The notes under the pieces: model-generated
What the model was told of the DNA's origin: nothing
The model's input: the letters and a program-made list of their open reading frames with translations, nothing else
Databases searched by the model: none
Position numbers and translations under genes: made by a program
Source: an uncultured delta proteobacterium
GTDB taxonomy: Bacteria > Desulfobacterota > Desulfobacteria > Desulfobacterales > UBA2156
DNA length: 64,000 nt
Assembly: GCA_963736855.1 (NCBI GenBank)
Contig: CAVTQK010000021.1
Span: forward strand, 576,001-640,000
Direction of reading: 5' to 3'
Part shown: positions 20,083 through 30,151 of the stretch, in pieces
How positions within the stretch are numbered: the first letter of the stretch is position 1
Layout of the letters: each line of letters begins with the position of its first letter

Positions 20083-21841
20083 AAAAGAAATCTTACGAAT
20101 CCAGGGTATCGGGAAAATTGAAGGGTATCTAACCGATATCCGACGTCTCGAAAATACTTTGGGTCAAGCATCCCTTTGGACTCCGGGTGCTTCATTGATC
20201 CGGGAGTGCCGTGAAGCGTTTCATCTGATCAGCTCCCTGAAAGAGCGTTTCGAACGCAAGCTCATCATCACCCTTATCGGTGCATCCGGCTCCGGAAAAT
20301 CCACACTTTTCAATGCCCTTTCCGGTGTGGACGATCTCTCGGAAACCGGATTGAAACGCCCGACAACGAGAAAGATTGTCCTCCTCTCACAAGCCGGAAC
20401 AGATGCCGGGGACCTCATCCGGGAGCTCGGAAGCGAACATGTGCAAATTCGACACATTCCTGAAACCTCTTTTTTGGAAAATGCGGTGCTCATCGATACA
20501 CCCGACACGGACAGCACCCTTCTCGAGGAACACCGTATCCTCATCCATAAGGCGATCGCTTTTTCCGATGTTCTCATCTGCCTGTTTGATGCCCAAAATC
20601 CGAAAAGAAAAGACCATGCCGATTTTCTTGCCTCTTATGTCCACCGATTCGACGGAGAATCCCTCATCGCGGTATTGAATAAATGCGATCGGTTGGAAAA
20701 AGAAGAACTGATCACGACCATCGTTCCCGAATTTTTGGGATACATTCAGGATTCATGGGAAAAGCCGGCCGAAGCGCTCTATTGTATATCCGGTCGGAAT
20801 CATCTGAAAAATCCCGGATGGGATCCGTCTGCGAGCCCCCTTCATGAGTTCGATCAATTCGATACGCTCAAAGAAAAGATCCTGCTGGCATCCGCCTATG
20901 AAGGGGCTCTTTTCGACCGCCGCCTGAAGAATGCCCAAGAGATTCTGGACTATCTTTTCAAGCAAGTGAAAACCGAAGCATCAAAGGATCGGGAAACCCT
21001 GTCACATGCCCTGAATCAAATCCGGGATCTCGAAAAGAAGGCTGCCGACAGTGCAATGGCTGTCCTTCAATCCAATGATTCTCCTTCTCTTTTTTCACTA
21101 TCGACCCGCATCTATCAGGAACTGGTCCAACGCTGGACAGGGCCTGTGGGTTGGCTCATCGCCCTCTGGTGCCGGCTGCTCTCATTTGGAAGCGGGATTG
21201 CATCTCTTTTCCGCTTACCCAAGTCGGTTCGGCATATCAAGGATCGAATTACGTCTTTTCATCGCCCAGTCAGTGCCGAAATGAAGCCTTTTTCAGCAAC
21301 CGGTGGGGAATCCAACGGCCTGGCCCTGAAGGAATATCGTTTGGTGATCGTCAGACACTGGGGGGATATTGCAGCAGCACTGATCAAAGGACGCTTCGAC
21401 CCTTCCACGCGGCAAATCGACACGCTCGTCCAAGGGAGGGAAGCATTGGAAGATTATCTTTCATCCGTTTGGAACACGGCCCTTGCCGAAGAAATCAGGG
21501 AGACTGCCGACCGTCTCAGCGGCTTTTTCATACAGTTTTTATTTAATTTGCCGATACTGGGGATATCGGGTTACGCGGCATGGTTAACCATCAGGGACTT
21601 TATTCAGGGGAAGATACTTCCTTTCGATTTTTTTCTGCACGCCTTCTTTGCCATTGGCGTCACCCTTTTTTTGAGTTTTTTCGCATTCCAGGCTTGGGTC
21701 CGGTTCTTCGCGAAAAAGCGTCGCATTGAAGCGCGCGCACTCCAGGCAACACATCGAACGACCGGCCCCGACGGTTGGCTCGGGGAGAGCGCCATCGCCG
21801 GCCAGGTCGCAACAGTCCTTACATTCACACAAAGTGTCTGA
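20075..21841 (+). CDS. Dynamin-like GTPase with a C-terminal transmembrane hairpin (protein B)
   Basis: GTG start overlapping the upstream stop; G1 GASGSGKST, G2 RPTT, G3 DTPDTDS, G4 NKCD; two TM segments. Confidence 0.78.
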   Translation: MSKKEILRIQGIGKIEGYLTDIRRLENTLGQASLWTPGASLIRECREAFHLISSLKERFERKLIITLIGASGSGKSTLFNALSGVDDLSETGLKRPTTRKIVLLSQAGTDAGDLIRELGSEHVQIRHIPETSFLENAVLIDTPDTDSTLLEEHRILIHKAIAFSDVLICLFDAQNPKRKDHADFLASYVHRFDGESLIAVLNKCDRLEKEELITTIVPEFLGYIQDSWEKPAEALYCISGRNHLKNPGWDPSASPLHEFDQFDTLKEKILLASAYEGALFDRRLKNAQEILDYLFKQVKTEASKDRETLSHALNQIRDLEKKAADSAMAVLQSNDSPSLFSLSTRIYQELVQRWTGPVGWLIALWCRLLSFGSGIASLFRLPKSVRHIKDRITSFHRPVSAEMKPFSATGGESNGLALKEYRLVIVRHWGDIAAALIKGRFDPSTRQIDTLVQGREALEDYLSSVWNTALAEEIRETADRLSGFFIQFLFNLPILGISGYAAWLTIRDFIQGKILPFDFFLHAFFAIGVTLFLSFFAFQAWVRFFAKKRRIEARALQATHRTTGPDGWLGESAIAGQVATVLTFTQSV

Positions 21842-21940
21842 TATAAGCCCTCCTGCCCTACACGTTCTTTTTCAATGCCGGAGGGAAGATAATGAATCCT
21901 CATCCGCTCACAGCCCTCCGGCATCCCATCAAGATACTTT

Positions 21941-22558
21941 TCATAATGCGGCTTGACCGAGTGCCACAGTTTTTGGAACTCCTTCATAGGGTGTCCGCTT
22001 TTTGGATTTTAGAGAGCGGGGGTCGCGCAACGTCTTGAGGATTTCAATGCTGGCCTTGAGCCCTTTGGCATACCGGCAATTTTCGATGGCCATACCGGCA
22101 ATCTGGGCCACAGCCTGAACAAAGTTAACATCTTCCAGTGCAAACTCCCACGGCTCAGAAGTATAGATCCTCAGAACACCGATAACGTTGTTGTGAATCA
22201 CTATGGGCACCGACATGATGGAAGCGATCCCCTCCTTCTTTGCCGCATCGGGATATTGGATCCTTGGGTCGTCTGTGACGTCGTATATGGCTACCGGACC
22301 CTCCTCAAGGGAGGCGGCTATGGATTTGAGTGCGCTGAGTGTTCCCTTATTCAGGTATTCATCGCTCAAACCGTGAGCTCCGGCCAGCTTTAACTCGTTG
22401 TTTTTTTTATCGATCAAAAACAGCGCACACCCTTTTACCCCCATGGCGGTCTTGATTCCTTCAACCGTGAGCATGATCACATCTTCCGCATCCATGGTCA
22501 TAGACATGTTGCGGGTGATCTTGAGTATCGTCTCGTAATTGATCTGATACTTTTTCAT
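21941..22558 (-). CDS. Stand-alone GAF-domain protein
   Basis: LAGAHGLSDEYL, DPRIQYPDAAKKEGIASIMSVPI...IGVLRIY...AGMAIEN; AAAGGAGG RBS. Confidence 0.85.
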   Translation of the reverse strand: MKKYQINYETILKITRNMSMTMDAEDVIMLTVEGIKTAMGVKGCALFLIDKKNNELKLAGAHGLSDEYLNKGTLSALKSIAASLEEGPVAIYDVTDDPRIQYPDAAKKEGIASIMSVPIVIHNNVIGVLRIYTSEPWEFALEDVNFVQAVAQIAGMAIENCRYAKGLKASIEILKTLRDPRSLKSKKRTPYEGVPKTVALGQAAL

Positions 22559-22883
22559 AGCAATACCTCCTTTAGCGCATCTGAGTTAAAGAATCCTCTG
22601 CTTATCGGCGGGCATCCCCCAACTCAAAAAGGGGCAAATCCAATACGAGCAGCGCGTCTCTACTCCCGACGGATATCCCGCCGGGAGGCAGCTATGCACA
22701 ATTTGAGAAGCTTTCTCATGGGTCACACTAAAACTGTGTCGAAAACCGCTAAAATATCAGCCGCTGACACCAAAAATCAGGCAAGAATGCGAAGGAAACC
22801 AGAATGTGATTGAGTGCAGAGATGGAAATATCGACGTTGAGATCGTGGTCAAAATTTGATAACAGAAGTTATCTTTTGGCATT

Positions 22884-22912
22884 AATTTAACGGAAAATTA
22901 AACCCATGTCAA
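22884..22912 (-). promoter_or_regulatory. Putative sigma70 promoter giving a ~320-nt leader for the GAF gene
   Basis: Minus strand TTGACA-17 nt-TAAATT. Confidence 0.55.
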
Positions 22913-22957
22913 ATGAAATCTTTTCTTTGGTAAATAGCATTTAAGGTCTCTTGCCGT

Positions 22958-23392
22958 TTACTTAAGACTCAATATTTTCTGGTGTTGATCCAGGATCCGC
23001 TCTTCCCAGGACGGTTCTCCTTTAAGATATGTCTGAGCCAGGCGATGGAAAGACAACGCTCTCTGAGGGTCCTTTTTCAGGATCCATGCGTCGGCGAGCA
23101 GAAAATATCCTTCCCCATTGTAGGGGTGCAATGCCACGGATCGTTCCAGGACCCGGATGGCCGACTCTGCGTTTCCGGACTCCAAAAATCGCCTCGCCTG
23201 ATCCGTCAGTTGTAGGGAAGCCAGCTCCCCCGGGCTCTTTGGAGACACCGGAATCTCCGGGCCAGCGGGGCGTTCTACGGTCTGCTCCTTGGAAACATCG
23301 CCTGCAGGCACACTGCGGATCACCTGACGCGCACACGCCGCCGGTATCAAGAAAAAGATGCATAAAAGAATTCTAACAGACCTCTTTGACAT
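22958..23392 (-). CDS. TPR-containing lipoprotein (LpoP-like candidate PBP1B activator)
   Basis: Signal peptide ending PAAC, Pro-rich linker, TPR motifs (AIRVLERSVALHPYNGEGYFLLA); 1 nt after the mrcB stop. Confidence 0.7.
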   Translation of the reverse strand: MSKRSVRILLCIFFLIPAACARQVIRSVPAGDVSKEQTVERPAGPEIPVSPKSPGELASLQLTDQARRFLESGNAESAIRVLERSVALHPYNGEGYFLLADAWILKKDPQRALSFHRLAQTYLKGEPSWEERILDQHQKILSLK

Positions 23393-23393
23393 G

Positions 23394-25694
23394 CTAGGGC
23401 CCGTCTTGTCTGTCAGAATAATGCCTATAGTCAGTTGTGTGGAGTGTACATTCTCTTTCCGGTAGATTTTCTTCAAGAAAAACCTCTTCCTCGATGGTGG
23501 GGCAAAAGCCGGGAACGGCCAGTTCGCCGCTTTCGACACATATATTTTTTTTCACCACGCCTTCCGGGACTTTGAACATGTTTCCTGAGATTCTGTGCTT
23601 GATCGACGACATCAATTCCGCCCAGATGGGGAGCGCCGCCTCGGCACCGGTAAGTCCGGTGGACCTATTGTCGTCAAAGCCCACCCAGACAAGCGCCAGG
23701 ATCTCCGGAGTATATCCGACAAACCAGGCATCCCGGTAAGCATTGGTGGTTCCGGTTTTTCCGGCGGTTGGAAATGATATGCCAAACCTTGACAGGGAGC
23801 GGGCGGTGCCGTGTGTTACGGCAAATTCCAGCATGGAAGTCATGAGGTAGGCTTTCGATTGAGAAACCACCGGTAACAGGGTCATGTATTTTCGTTGAAG
23901 CGTTTTTCCCTTTTCATCATAGACTTCTTTTAGGGAAAGGGGAAAGGGCATCTCACCATCGCCGGCAAAAACACAGTAGGCCGTGGCAAGCTCCAGGGGG
24001 ATCACCTCAAAAGCACCCAGCGAAACAGCCGGATAAGGGAGAATCGGTGTCGAAAACCCGAATTTTCGGATCGTTTCCACCACCTTTTTGATGCCGACCC
24101 TCATGGCCAAATCCACGGTGGCCAGATTCACAGACTCCGCCAATGCTTCTTTTAGTCGAAATTGGCGCCGGAAAACCGGATTGTAGTTTTTCGGCTGCCA
24201 TTCATGACCGTCAATCGTGAAAGTTTTAGGCTCGTTGGACAATAGGGAAGCAGGCGTCAGAGAATCCAGAGCACTCAAGTAGACAAAGGGCTTGATGGTG
24301 CTTCCGGGCTGTCGCCTGGCCTGAGTAATCCGGTTGAACTGACTGCTGCCGTAATCCCGCCCCCCTACCATGGCAAGGATGGCGCCGGTTTTCGGATGCA
24401 TGACGATAAGCCCTCCTTGAAGATGCTCGGTCGGCTTTACGCGTTTCAGCTCCGGGTGGATTTTCTCCAGGCGTTTCAAGCCGTCGTCAAGAGCCTTTTC
24501 CGCGGCGCATTGAACCTGGGTGTCCAGAGTAGTATGAATGGCAAACCCCGATCCGGATAAAACTTCCTTGGGGTAAAGGAGGGCCAGTTGCTCTGAAACA
24601 TGGTCCATAAAATAGGGGGCTCTTTTCCCATATCGCGTAACGCTTGCAGCTCTTATCGGAAGCGATTCGGTCTCTTTTTGCTGCTTTTCCGTGATCCATC
24701 CTTCTTTGAACATGGCCAAAAGAACTTGATTTCTTCGGATCCGGGCCATTTCAGGATGGGCATGGGGCGAGTATCGATTGGGGGCTTTGATTAGCCCGGC
24801 CAAAACAGCGGACTCGTTGAGCGAAAGGAGATCGACTGATTTCCCAAAATAAAAATCCGCCGCCTCCCCGATCCCATTAATCGATATCGAACCTTTCTGT
24901 CCGAAATAGATCTCGTTGAGATAGATTTCCAGAATGGTTTTTTTGTCATAAAGGGCTTCCATGGTGAGAGCAAACAGGAGTTCTTTGATCTTCCGGGACA
25001 GGGTCCGTTCCGGTGTGAGAAAATAATTTTTGGCAAGTTGCTGACTCAGCGTGGACCCTCCCTGCCGGATAGTGCCGGAACGCAAATTTGCCAGAAGCGC
25101 ACGGATTATTCCGATGGGGTCGACACCTGGATGTCGAAAAAAACGATTGTCTTCGATGGCTAAAATCGCGTGGACCAGATGCTCCGGAACCTGATCAATG
25201 GATACCAGCCGCCGTTGTTCCCTCTCGGGTCCGAAAAAATGCATCAGCTCTTCAGCTTCTATCTCCAAAAGAGGAATAGATTCCCTGAGATCCGCGCGAT
25301 CAATGGAAATAATCCGATCCGCGTCGAATCGGATCATGACCGGGAAGCCCTCTCGTTTTGCCCCTGTCTCCTGGATATCTTTCAAAAAAACAGTCAAGGC
25401 CGCAGGCAGGATATGCATCTGTCCCGACAATTCAGGTTGCCGGGTAACTTCTTGATATCCCAAATCTTTCAGTTTCGTAATAAACAGCGTCTTATTGATT
25501 CGCTGTCCTGGAAAAAGGAGGGTCACATCCGAAAATACCCGGGAAGGAATCTGCCAACGCCGCCCTGAAAAGCGTTTTTCGATTTCAAAAGACAAATAAA
25601 AACAGTACCCCACTATTACGATGCCGGCCAACAATGCGATCAGCAGGCTTACTAGCGCCGCCGTCTTATAAGGCCGGGATTTGTTCACCATCAT
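23394..25694 (-). CDS. mrcB: Penicillin-binding protein 1B (bifunctional transglycosylase/transpeptidase)
   Basis: N-terminal TM, UB2H-like insert, EDNRFF.H.G, QGGSTLSQQL, SxxK (STIK), SxN (SVN), KTG. Confidence 0.92.
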   Translation of the reverse strand: MMVNKSRPYKTAALVSLLIALLAGIVIVGYCFYLSFEIEKRFSGRRWQIPSRVFSDVTLLFPGQRINKTLFITKLKDLGYQEVTRQPELSGQMHILPAALTVFLKDIQETGAKREGFPVMIRFDADRIISIDRADLRESIPLLEIEAEELMHFFGPEREQRRLVSIDQVPEHLVHAILAIEDNRFFRHPGVDPIGIIRALLANLRSGTIRQGGSTLSQQLAKNYFLTPERTLSRKIKELLFALTMEALYDKKTILEIYLNEIYFGQKGSISINGIGEAADFYFGKSVDLLSLNESAVLAGLIKAPNRYSPHAHPEMARIRRNQVLLAMFKEGWITEKQQKETESLPIRAASVTRYGKRAPYFMDHVSEQLALLYPKEVLSGSGFAIHTTLDTQVQCAAEKALDDGLKRLEKIHPELKRVKPTEHLQGGLIVMHPKTGAILAMVGGRDYGSSQFNRITQARRQPGSTIKPFVYLSALDSLTPASLLSNEPKTFTIDGHEWQPKNYNPVFRRQFRLKEALAESVNLATVDLAMRVGIKKVVETIRKFGFSTPILPYPAVSLGAFEVIPLELATAYCVFAGDGEMPFPLSLKEVYDEKGKTLQRKYMTLLPVVSQSKAYLMTSMLEFAVTHGTARSLSRFGISFPTAGKTGTTNAYRDAWFVGYTPEILALVWVGFDDNRSTGLTGAEAALPIWAELMSSIKHRISGNMFKVPEGVVKKNICVESGELAVPGFCPTIEEEVFLEENLPERECTLHTTDYRHYSDRQDGP

Positions 25695-25937
25695 TTCGGG
25701 GTTACCTTCACGACTGTACGATAGAAACGCTGACTTTCATCCGCTTTCATGGATCTCCTGGATGTTCAATCGATTGGCCTTAAACTATTTGCTTTTATTG
25801 TAACCGATCCCGGATGTTCGAGCAATCCATTCCCCTAATAAATAAAGGGGAGGGCCCGTGATGACCGGACGGCTCACACCCGCCTTTAAACAGGAACTTA
25901 AATTAGAATCTGAATGAGTTAACTAAGTATTAACTCT

Positions 25938-25993
25938 AAAAAAACGGGGCTGTCGGAGGCCCCGAAGGACCTCCGACAGCCCCAATCATTTTT
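25938..25993. terminator. Rho-independent terminator (U-tract on the minus strand, possibly bidirectional)
   Basis: 14-bp stem GGGGCTGTCGGAGG/CCTCCGACAGCCCC flanked by A- and T-tracts. Confidence 0.8.
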
Positions 25994-26028
25994 CTTTTAG
26001 ACAGGCCGAGGTTACCGACTATTCACCC

Positions 26029-26424
26029 TCATCTGTCACACAAGCGATAGCGCCTTTCTTCCCAGTGGCCCGGAGAAATCAACCGTTTCTCCCAGTATCC
26101 CGGAACCCAACAGCCTCTATGATCATGGTGATCTGGAATCCACACCCAATCATACTGAGGGGGAACCCATTCCCGCCTCACTTCCCAGCTATCACAGTCC
26201 GGCCTTGGGTGATACGGGGGATGATGGTAAAACGGCGGCGGCGCAGGTCTGTGATGATAAGGAGGACAAAATAAGGCGCTTCCTATAATTGCGGCGCCGA
26301 CCCCGATGGCCACTCCTTCCCACCGATATCGCTGGGGACTCTTTGCGTATGCACTGGAAACACTCAAGAGTGCCAAACAGGTAATTGTAACCACGGTGAT
26401 CATGAGAAAGCTTTTTTTATTCAT
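26029..26424 (-). CDS. Secreted His/Pro-rich protein with WxxGxW-type repeats
   Basis: Signal peptide ending AYA, glycine-zipper-like GVAIGVGAAIIG, WVPGYW/PGHW repeats; AAGGAGG RBS. Confidence 0.75.
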   Translation of the reverse strand: MNKKSFLMITVVTITCLALLSVSSAYAKSPQRYRWEGVAIGVGAAIIGSALFCPPYHHRPAPPPFYHHPPYHPRPDCDSWEVRREWVPPQYDWVWIPDHHDHRGCWVPGYWEKRLISPGHWEERRYRLCDR

Positions 26425-26577
26425 GGGATACCTCCTTTTTTCTTCAGTTTAACCCTTAAAGACGTCCCAGGTTCATATTTAGTCTACAATTTACATACCG
26501 ATAAGGAAATAATCCCTGCTTTCGAGCTTTACATAAGAATATGGAGCCTCTATTATAAAAGGAGAAAGGCTCACAGG

Positions 26578-26976
26578 ATGGTCATTTTTTGGGAAAACCG
26601 GGGAAATTGGACCTTTTTCTCACGCATACTAATTCTTGCATGGATCTTTTCGGCCATGGCAATCCCCCCGGTTTATGGCTTTCGCTGCGGTACACGCCTG
26701 GTTTCCATAGGAGACAGAGCAATAGATGTTAGGAGAAACTGTGGGGCTCCCGATGATATTCAGGCATGGGAAGAAGAACGCGTTATGCGAGATTTTGGTA
26801 CTTACCGGGATGACGGGAGCCGATACCCGACCCGGGAACCGATCTTTGTAAAAGTTCATGTAAAGGTTGAAGAATGGATTTATAACTTAGGTCCACATAT
26901 GTTTATTAGGATACTAAGATTCGAAAATGGAAGGCTTGTGGAAATCAACACCGGCGATCGCGGTTATCCAAAGTAG
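26578..26976 (+). CDS. DUF2845-like secreted protein
   Basis: FRCGTRLVSIGD...CGAP...VEEWIYNLGP...LRFENGRL. Confidence 0.75.
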   Translation: MVIFWENRGNWTFFSRILILAWIFSAMAIPPVYGFRCGTRLVSIGDRAIDVRRNCGAPDDIQAWEEERVMRDFGTYRDDGSRYPTREPIFVKVHVKVEEWIYNLGPHMFIRILRFENGRLVEINTGDRGYPK

Positions 26977-27303
26977 CTTACCATTGGATTTATCGACATC
27001 CTAAATTCCGTATTTTTGTTGATATAGATACATTGTCGGATGATCATGGATATTTTTTTGACATTCGATCCTTCGCCAATGAAAATGGATTTCTCGGCCG
27101 GCACCGGCCGTGGTCCATCTCTTAATAAAATCTGAAAATGTGAAACGACAAAGAAAAACTTCATGTCGGCTGAAGTCGGCCGCATTAGAGGTCAAGGGTT
27201 CAGAGGTTTAACTCAAAGTCATTCTTATATGTTTTTCTAATCTTGAACCCTTTCAGAACAATGATCGAAGTTAAATCTTCATCTTAATACAAGATTTTTT
27301 TAT

Positions 27304-28803
27304 ATGGCGCATTCTGCTTCATGTCCAATCGAAACTCCTCTTGAACCGTGCATATTTGTTATCATGGGGGCCACCGGGGATCTCGCCAACCGAAAGCTTC
27401 TACCGGCCCTTTTCAATCTTTTCAAAAACAAGGCGTTGCCGGATCCCTTGACCATTGTCGGCTGCGGTCGCACCGAAATAAGCCTGGAGGCTTTTCGGAA
27501 TCAAACACAGACCGCATTGAAAAATGCCGGGATATTTGATGCGGTAAAGTGGAATGATTTTTCAAGAACCCTTGCCTACCAGAGGCTTTCCTATGAAGAT
27601 GCCGAATCCGGAAAAGTGCTTGCAAAAGCACTCCGGTCTCTGGATCGACAAAGGAAACTATCCGAAAACAGGATCTTTTATCTTGCCCTCCCCCCGGATC
27701 TTTATGCCCCTACCGTCAACCTCCTTGGAGGTGCCGGGCTCGGAGTTGAGAAGTCGGAAGGTTCGGGATGGTCCAGGTTGGTCGTGGAAAAGCCTTTCGG
27801 CTATGACCTGGAAAGCGCCATGGCGCTTGATCGACTGATTCATTCCCATTTCAGGGAGCATCAGATTTTCAGGATCGACCACTATCTTGCCAAAGAAACC
27901 GTTCAGAACATCCTGATCTTTCGGTTCGCCAATGCTGTTTTTGAGCCGATATGGGACAGAAGATATATCGATTCGATTCACATCACAGCCATCGAAAAGC
28001 TGGGGGTGGAGCATCGGGCCGGGTACTACGACCAGGCCGGTGTGATTCGAGACATGTTCCAAAACCACATGATGCAGTTGTTGGCTATGACGACAATGGA
28101 ACCCCCTTCCCGATTCGAATCCGAATCGGTCCGGGATGAAAAAACAAAAGTCTTTCGTTCTCTTAGGCCTTTTCCGGTGGATAATCTCCGGACATTTCTC
28201 ATCCTGGGACAGTATGCACGCGGATCCTCGGCCGGAAAAGCCTTACCGGCTTATCAGGAAGAACCTGGAGTGCGGTCCGGATCGCTGACACCTACCTATG
28301 CCCTGATGAAGGTCTTCATCGACAACTGGCGATGGCAAGGTATACCGATCTTCATGGAATCCGGGAAGCGTCTTTCGGAAAAACGAACGGAAATCGTAAT
28401 CACTTTCAAGAATGTGCCTCACTGTATGTTTCGAAAAACTTTCGATGAGGCCATTTCTCCCAATCGATTGGTACTCGGCATCTACCCCGAAGAACACATT
28501 CAGTTGAACTTCCAGACCAAAAAAGCCGGGGCAAAAATGTGCCTCGGAAGCGCCGTTCTGGATTTCAAATACCATCAAGATGCCGGAGAACCTCTTTTGG
28601 GTGCCTATGAAAAGGTCCTCAACGATTGCATGACCGGCGACCAGATGCTCTTCTGGCGGCAAGACGGTGTCGAGGCCTGCTGGTCTTTTTTGACGCCGAT
28701 TTTGAACGCGTGTGAACAATGTGCCTTCCGGAAGGAAATGCTGTATTCATACCCCGCGGGAGGACCCGGACCGGATACAGCCCGAGCATTTTTAGATGAT
28801 TGA
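27304..28803 (+). CDS. zwf: Glucose-6-phosphate 1-dehydrogenase
   Basis: GATGDL..RKL.P, EKPFG, RIDHYLAKE, RDMFQNH, DNWRWQG. Confidence 0.96.
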   Translation: MAHSASCPIETPLEPCIFVIMGATGDLANRKLLPALFNLFKNKALPDPLTIVGCGRTEISLEAFRNQTQTALKNAGIFDAVKWNDFSRTLAYQRLSYEDAESGKVLAKALRSLDRQRKLSENRIFYLALPPDLYAPTVNLLGGAGLGVEKSEGSGWSRLVVEKPFGYDLESAMALDRLIHSHFREHQIFRIDHYLAKETVQNILIFRFANAVFEPIWDRRYIDSIHITAIEKLGVEHRAGYYDQAGVIRDMFQNHMMQLLAMTTMEPPSRFESESVRDEKTKVFRSLRPFPVDNLRTFLILGQYARGSSAGKALPAYQEEPGVRSGSLTPTYALMKVFIDNWRWQGIPIFMESGKRLSEKRTEIVITFKNVPHCMFRKTFDEAISPNRLVLGIYPEEHIQLNFQTKKAGAKMCLGSAVLDFKYHQDAGEPLLGAYEKVLNDCMTGDQMLFWRQDGVEACWSFLTPILNACEQCAFRKEMLYSYPAGGPGPDTARAFLDD

Positions 28804-29617
28804 AATGCTTCAATCCTCCCTTTATACTCAAACCGCTAACTATAAAATCCTGGTCGCCGGAAACTTATCCGAATTTTCAGAAAAAGGGGCTGCATTGTTT
28901 ATGGAGGCTGCCTCAAGAAGCGTTCATGTGAAAGGTTGGTTTGCCGCAGCCCTTTCAGGTGGAAGCACCCCACGCCCTGTTTATCGACGGTTGAGCCGGG
29001 AACCTTATCTTTCCGGCATTCCCTGGGATCGTACCCACCTGTTCTGGGTTGATGAACGTATGTTGGACTATTCAGATGTATCCAGCAACTTCGGCACGGC
29101 GCGGCAGGACCTTTTACAGCATGTCCCGATTCCCGGGGATCAACTCCACCCCATGCCTGTGTCAGGACCCTTAGAGACACGGACGGATCGATATGAATCC
29201 GAACTTCGCTTCTTTCATGATCGATTCGGTAAAGGAGGCCTTCTCTTTGATCTTGTCTTTCTCGGCTTAGGCGCCGACGGACATGTGGCCTCTCTATTTG
29301 GGGAAACCATCGATTCCGAAACCCCAAGACGCTGGACCACTCTGGCTCAGGGTGGAGACCCAAAAACCTGGCGTCTCAGCCTGACCTTCGAAGCAATCAA
29401 TGCAACACGGCACTTATGTTTCCTGGTCTTCGGCAGACAAAAAGCATCCATCGTCGCCCGGGTGATCCTGAACCCAGAACCTGAACTTCCGGCTCAACGG
29501 ATCCGTCCTCAAGGCGGCGAGATAGTGTATTTATTGGACAGGGAAGCAGCAACCTTGCTTACGCCCGCGCTTGAGGATCCAATACAAGATCCCGGTGGGA
29601 ACCTACTGGAATCCTAA
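28796..29617 (+). CDS. pgl: 6-phosphogluconolactonase
   Basis: LSGGSTP, FWVDER, LGLGADGHVASLF; follows zwf. Confidence 0.93.
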   Translation: MIEMLQSSLYTQTANYKILVAGNLSEFSEKGAALFMEAASRSVHVKGWFAAALSGGSTPRPVYRRLSREPYLSGIPWDRTHLFWVDERMLDYSDVSSNFGTARQDLLQHVPIPGDQLHPMPVSGPLETRTDRYESELRFFHDRFGKGGLLFDLVFLGLGADGHVASLFGETIDSETPRRWTTLAQGGDPKTWRLSLTFEAINATRHLCFLVFGRQKASIVARVILNPEPELPAQRIRPQGGEIVYLLDREAATLLTPALEDPIQDPGGNLLES

Positions 29618-29626
29618 GAACCGGAA

Positions 29627-30133
29627 TCATAGCCCCGATGGACGCTCGAACTCCTGATCAAAAATTTTAGCTCCCCATTGATGAATCTCCTGTTCTTCGA
29701 CGAGTCGGAACCCCTCGCCTTCGTATAATCTTCTGGCCGAGTCAAGTCCCCTGAAGGTGAATAAAAATATTTTCCGTATCCCCTTTTCGATGGTGCAAAA
29801 TTCTACGGCCTTCCGGAGCAAAAAACGCCCCAGGCCTTTGCCTTGATATTCAGGGCTCACGATAAACCAACGGATCCTTGCCCCTAAAGTTTCTCTCAGC
29901 CTGCCATCCAGTGCGATGCAACCTGCAAAAGCGTCACCCGCCCGGGCCGCCCAGAATCCATCTCTTTTTGCGTCAAAATTTTCCAGGAAATCCGCCGCCT
30001 CTCTGGCTACCTGGATTTCAAAAGACACGTCGAATCCCCATTGCAGGTGGTAATAAACAGCATGGAGCTCGGTTACCTTTCCGATAACCCCCGGATAATA
30101 TCCTGAAATCGTAAATCCTTCCGGCAGTTCCAT
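29627..30133 (-). CDS. GNAT-family N-acetyltransferase
   Basis: RWFIVSPEYQGKGLGR acetyl-CoA motif; ARRLYE..GF. Confidence 0.88.
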   Translation of the reverse strand: MELPEGFTISGYYPGVIGKVTELHAVYYHLQWGFDVSFEIQVAREAADFLENFDAKRDGFWAARAGDAFAGCIALDGRLRETLGARIRWFIVSPEYQGKGLGRFLLRKAVEFCTIEKGIRKIFLFTFRGLDSARRLYEGEGFRLVEEQEIHQWGAKIFDQEFERPSGL

Positions 30134-30151
30134 GATTCCTCCCTTCCGTCG

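Noticed and set aside
25845..25890. Minus-strand GGGTGT...GGTC...CGGGCC segment vaguely like a nhaA-I-type riboswitch upstream of mrcB
   Set aside because: The match is partial and from memory, the gene context is unfitting, and it cannot be supported without a covariance search.
27194..27252. Short inverted repeat AAGGGTTCA...TGAACCCTT upstream of zwf
   Set aside because: Single 9-bp arms with a long spacer; not enough to call an element or operator.
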